NCBI GenBank assembly: GCA_964389365.1
Contig: CAYMDO010000009.1
Span: 3,576-67,575 of the forward strand
Length of the DNA: 64,000 nucleotides
Origin: an uncultured Syntrophomonadaceae bacterium
GTDB lineage: Bacteria > Bacillota > Dethiobacteria > DTU022
Direction: 5' to 3'
Position numbers and translations under genes: made by a program. Below are positions 60,928 to 64,000 of this stretch, piece after piece. Each line of letters opens with the position of its first letter. The stretch's first letter is position 1. The notes beneath the pieces were generated by a model. The model had not been told where the DNA came from. It ran no database searches and was given only the letters and a program-made list of their open reading frames with translations.

Positions 60928-62056
60928 TGCCGATCATTCCCCGCTGGATGATAAATTTTTTACAGGAATCAGCCAGCCCTGACGGCAGCTGTTCCAGGGG
61001 AGCAGCTGAGGTTAAAAAGCACTGGCTGTTGATACCGGACAGAAAACCGAGCAGCTGTTCTTTGCGGTGGCTGTCAAATTCAGAAAAAACATCATCAAGC
61101 AAAAGTATCGGCCAGCTGCCGTTTTTATTAAAAAAAATATTTATTTCGGCCATCCTGAGCGCCAGCGCAGCAGTTCTTTTCTGCCCCTGGGAAGAATATT
61201 TCCTGGAATCACTCCCGTTTATACAAATACAAATATCGTCCAAATGGGGGCCGATAATGGTTGCCTGTTTCCTGAGTTCCGGTTCCCTCGCCTTTAGCAG
61301 CGCTTCGCGAAATTGCAGCTCCAGGTCTTGGCTGTTTTCTTCGCAGGCAAACGAACAGCGATAATCTAGGAACATCTCTTCCTGCGCGCCAGTCATTTCG
61401 GAAAAGAAGGGGGCGGCTTCTTTACCCAATTTTTGAACCAGCTCTTTTCTGAACCTGATCAACGCCGAACCATGTGCAACCAGAACATCATCCCATGGTT
61501 CAATTAACTTTTCAATTTCCCTGCGGCTTCTCTTCTCTTTCAACAGTTTATTACGCTGCATCAGAACCCGGTGATAGGCGCGCATTTCAAGAAAATAAGC
61601 TTGGTTCAGCCTTGAAGATTCCAGGTTAATGTAGCGCCGCCGGATGGCAGGGCCTTCCCTGATCAACAGCAGATCGTCAGGGCTAAAAACAACAACCGGA
61701 AACTGCTGAAGGTGATCGAAGCGGCTTCTTTGATCATTATCCAGGATCACTTTTAACTGCTTTTCGCTGTAGTTGATCTGTAGTAGATTTTTTAAGCCAT
61801 CCCTGGCAAATTGCCCCTTTATCAAAAAGCGATCTTCCGGGAAACCTGCCAGTTCATGATCGCGGTTTGCCCGGAATGATCGTGTGACCGAGAGAAAATA
61901 AACCGCCTCAAGCAAGTTTGTTTTTCCATGTCCGTTTTTACCGCTGATAACATTTAAGCGCGGATGAAAATTAACCTGCTCATGCCTGTAATTGCGAAAG
62001 TTTTTTAAAAGCAGGCTCTCGAGGTAAAACAAACTTTTTCGCTCCCGGCCTTTCAA
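60920..62056 (-). CDS. recF: DNA replication and repair protein RecF
   Basis: Walker A GKNGHGKTN, signature SQGQKR, Walker B LLLDDV. Confidence 0.9.
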   Translation of the reverse strand: MKGRERKSLFYLESLLLKNFRNYRHEQVNFHPRLNVISGKNGHGKTNLLEAVYFLSVTRSFRANRDHELAGFPEDRFLIKGQFARDGLKNLLQINYSEKQLKVILDNDQRSRFDHLQQFPVVVFSPDDLLLIREGPAIRRRYINLESSRLNQAYFLEMRAYHRVLMQRNKLLKEKRSRREIEKLIEPWDDVLVAHGSALIRFRKELVQKLGKEAAPFFSEMTGAQEEMFLDYRCSFACEENSQDLELQFREALLKAREPELRKQATIIGPHLDDICICINGSDSRKYSSQGQKRTAALALRMAEINIFFNKNGSWPILLLDDVFSEFDSHRKEQLLGFLSGINSQCFLTSAAPLEQLPSGLADSCKKFIIQRGMIGIE

Positions 62057-63162
62057 TTAAATTTTTTAATCGGTAAAGCAAGGTATAGATAGTCTTGCCT
62101 GCCGGGCAGCCTGAATATAAGAGGTCCGCCTTCGCCGTGAAAATCTATGCTTAACTGGTCCTCATCCAGCTGTTTGAGCAGGTCTAGGATGTAGCGTGAG
62201 TTTACATAAAGCTCAAGCAGATCCCCTTCCCTCGTCACCGGCAGGATCTCTTCCATCCTGCCCTCCTGGCCGCTTGCCATAATTTTTAATTCTTCTTCCC
62301 CGATTGCCAGCTGAATAGCCTGATTTTTACCTTCGGCCAGTAAATTAGCCCTTGCCACAGTTTCCTCCAACAATTTGCGGTCTATGTTTATCCTAGTTTT
62401 ATATTCTTTTGGAATTACACCGCTTACATCCGGGTATTTTTCTTCCAAGAGCCTTGTGGCAATATAAACCCCACCAAAAGTGAATGATAAAATACTTTTG
62501 CCAAATTTAATCTCTACCGGCAGCTGGCTGTCACTGATAATCCTTATAATTTCCCTCAACGTCCTTGCCGGTACCAACAACCTAAACATGTGGCCTTCCC
62601 ATTGTTCGTTAATGTTTTTTTTAACAGCAAGCCGATAAGTATCTGACGCTGTAAACGTAAGCATCCCTCCTTCGAGCGATACCAACACCCCATTAAAGGC
62701 CGGTCTTGTTTCTTCTGAAGAAGCTGCGAACAAAACCATGCGCAGCATTTTTTTCAGCAAGCCCTGTTCAACTTTGATTCCTTGCTCTACGTTGTCTTCA
62801 TGGCCCAGTGAAAGTGGAAAATCATCGGGATCCGATCCAAATAAGTGAAATTGAGCCTGGCCGCCCAGTATCTCAACCCTCTTATTTTCCCAGTTGACAT
62901 TGATTGTTACTTCAGGAGTTGGAAAATACCTTACTATATCAACAATTTTAGGTGGCAGCAGTATTTTTCCGCTATCCTTTCCGCTGTAATCCATGGTAAC
63001 ACTGATGTACATCTCAAGGTTCGTGGCCGAGATGATCAGGGAACCGGGTTTTACATCAAACAATAGATTATTGATCGCAGGCATGGTTGACCTGGTGGGA
63101 AGGATTTTCTCGACAATCTCTAAAGTGTTTTTTAATTCAACCGAATCTAATTTTAAATGCAC
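62053..63162 (-). CDS. dnaN: DNA polymerase III beta sliding clamp
   Basis: 369 aa with three beta-clamp domains. Overlaps recF by 4 nt. Confidence 0.9.
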   Translation of the reverse strand: MHLKLDSVELKNTLEIVEKILPTRSTMPAINNLLFDVKPGSLIISATNLEMYISVTMDYSGKDSGKILLPPKIVDIVRYFPTPEVTINVNWENKRVEILGGQAQFHLFGSDPDDFPLSLGHEDNVEQGIKVEQGLLKKMLRMVLFAASSEETRPAFNGVLVSLEGGMLTFTASDTYRLAVKKNINEQWEGHMFRLLVPARTLREIIRIISDSQLPVEIKFGKSILSFTFGGVYIATRLLEEKYPDVSGVIPKEYKTRINIDRKLLEETVARANLLAEGKNQAIQLAIGEEELKIMASGQEGRMEEILPVTREGDLLELYVNSRYILDLLKQLDEDQLSIDFHGEGGPLIFRLPGRQDYLYLALPIKKFN

Positions 63163-63423
63163 CTTAAAACCTCCCGATCAATAAATATTTTTTAACAGGC
63201 AAAGATTTTATAACTGTTTTTTTATATATACGGTAGTGGTAGTAAGTGGTGTTAATAATGTGGATAGAAAAAATAGTGTCATTCTACCCGCTAAAAATTT
63301 AATATTCTATAAAAGGGCAGCCATTATAGCCTGTTAAAAGAAAGTTTATAAACTGTTCACCGACCGTATTAAAATGTTATTAACAAAAAAAAGGAGGCGG
63401 AATAAAAGTTATAAACAACTTGA
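63163..63423. promoter_or_regulatory. dnaA-dnaN intergenic origin segment: DnaA-box-like 9-mers and an AT-rich unwinding tract
   Basis: TGTGGATAG at ~63258-63266 (reverse complement CTATCCACA), TTATCCAGA at ~63431, and an AT-rich run TTTTTTATATATAC at ~63216-63232. Confidence 0.5.
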
Positions 63424-64000
63424 TCAGGAGTTATCCAGAATATTATTCCTGATTAATTCAATACGATTCTTAAGATCATTATTTTTATTAATCAGCCGGT
63501 CTATTTTTTTAAAAGCATGAAGCACAGTTGTATGATCCCTTCCACCAAATTCTTCACCGACCTTGGGCAGGGAAAGATCCGTTAACATGCGGCATAAATA
63601 CATAGCAACCTGCCTGGTAAAAGCAATATCCTGAGTTCTTTTTTTAGATAAAAGATCGTCGGGAGTAAGGTTAAAGTTATTAGCAGTCTGGCTGATGATT
63701 GTAGAAACGGTAATATTTTTTTGACGGGTGTTAATTATATCCTGCAGTGCTGTTTCAGTCAGTTCAATAGTAACGGGAGATTTATAAAGAGAGGCATAAG
63801 CAACGATTCTGATCAAGGCTCCTTCAAGTTCGCGTATGTTGGTGTGGACTTTTCCGGCTATATACTGGATCACCTGGTCCGGCATCTCTATGCCGTCGGA
63901 ATTTGCTTTTTTCTTTAAAATAGCAGTTCTTGTTTCAAGGTCGGGAGGTTGAAGATCTGTAATTAAACCCCATTCAAACCTGGAGCGAAGACGATCTTCC
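63424..64000 (-). CDS. dnaA: chromosomal replication initiator DnaA, 3' portion (gene continues beyond the window end)
   Basis: AAA+ sensor and domain IV motifs (NIRELEGAL, RTQDIAFTRQVAMYL, GGRDHTTVLHA). Confidence 0.9.
   Translation of the reverse strand, partial: EDRLRSRFEWGLITDLQPPDLETRTAILKKKANSDGIEMPDQVIQYIAGKVHTNIRELEGALIRIVAYASLYKSPVTIELTETALQDIINTRQKNITVSTIISQTANNFNLTPDDLLSKKRTQDIAFTRQVAMYLCRMLTDLSLPKVGEEFGGRDHTTVLHAFKKIDRLINKNNDLKNRIELIRNNILDNS

Overview
This is a 64 kb origin-proximal window of a high-GC anaerobic Firmicute (Clostridia-like), containing five functional blocks and a lower-GC island. (1) 1-1207: a decayed threonine-degradation pair (tdh and kbl remnants). (2) 1.9-16.5 kb: a molybdenum-hydroxylase ureide/purine catabolic cluster matching the E. 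coli ygeW-xdhD neighbourhood (two COG0402 amidohydrolases including SsnA, ygeW, ygeY, xdhABC, a fused Fe-S/Mo XdhD, a short-form ygfK lacking the flavoprotein module, and ygeX). (3) 16.6-33.3 kb: an AT-richer, apparently acquired ~15.6 kb single-strand carbohydrate-utilisation operon. It carries a GntR regulator, a CUT2-type ABC transporter, an SDR, two paralogous TIM-barrel isomerase/epimerases, a tungsten aldehyde:ferredoxin oxidoreductase with a MoaD-like GG protein, a 2-hydroxyacid dehydrogenase, a Gfo/Idh/MocA oxidoreductase, a Zn-ADH, an FGGY kinase, a KDPG-type aldolase and an archaeal cupin-type PGI. It ends at a transposase remnant beside the 3' end of tRNA-Arg. (4) 33.3-46.5 kb: tRNA-Arg, two tRNA-Ser, serS, argS, an OmpR-type two-component system with a GerMN/beta-propeller membrane protein, family-4 UDG, ddl, an ATP-grasp enzyme and an EF-G paralog. 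(5) 46.6-64 kb: a T-box-controlled ilvE-ilvD-ilvB-ilvN-leuC-leuD operon, a biotin-domain-less carboxyltransferase, and the origin cluster gyrA, membrane protein, gyrB, remB, DUF721, recF, dnaN and the 3' end of dnaA, with DnaA boxes. The main candidate for an undescribed system is the AOR-containing sugar/polyol catabolic island.
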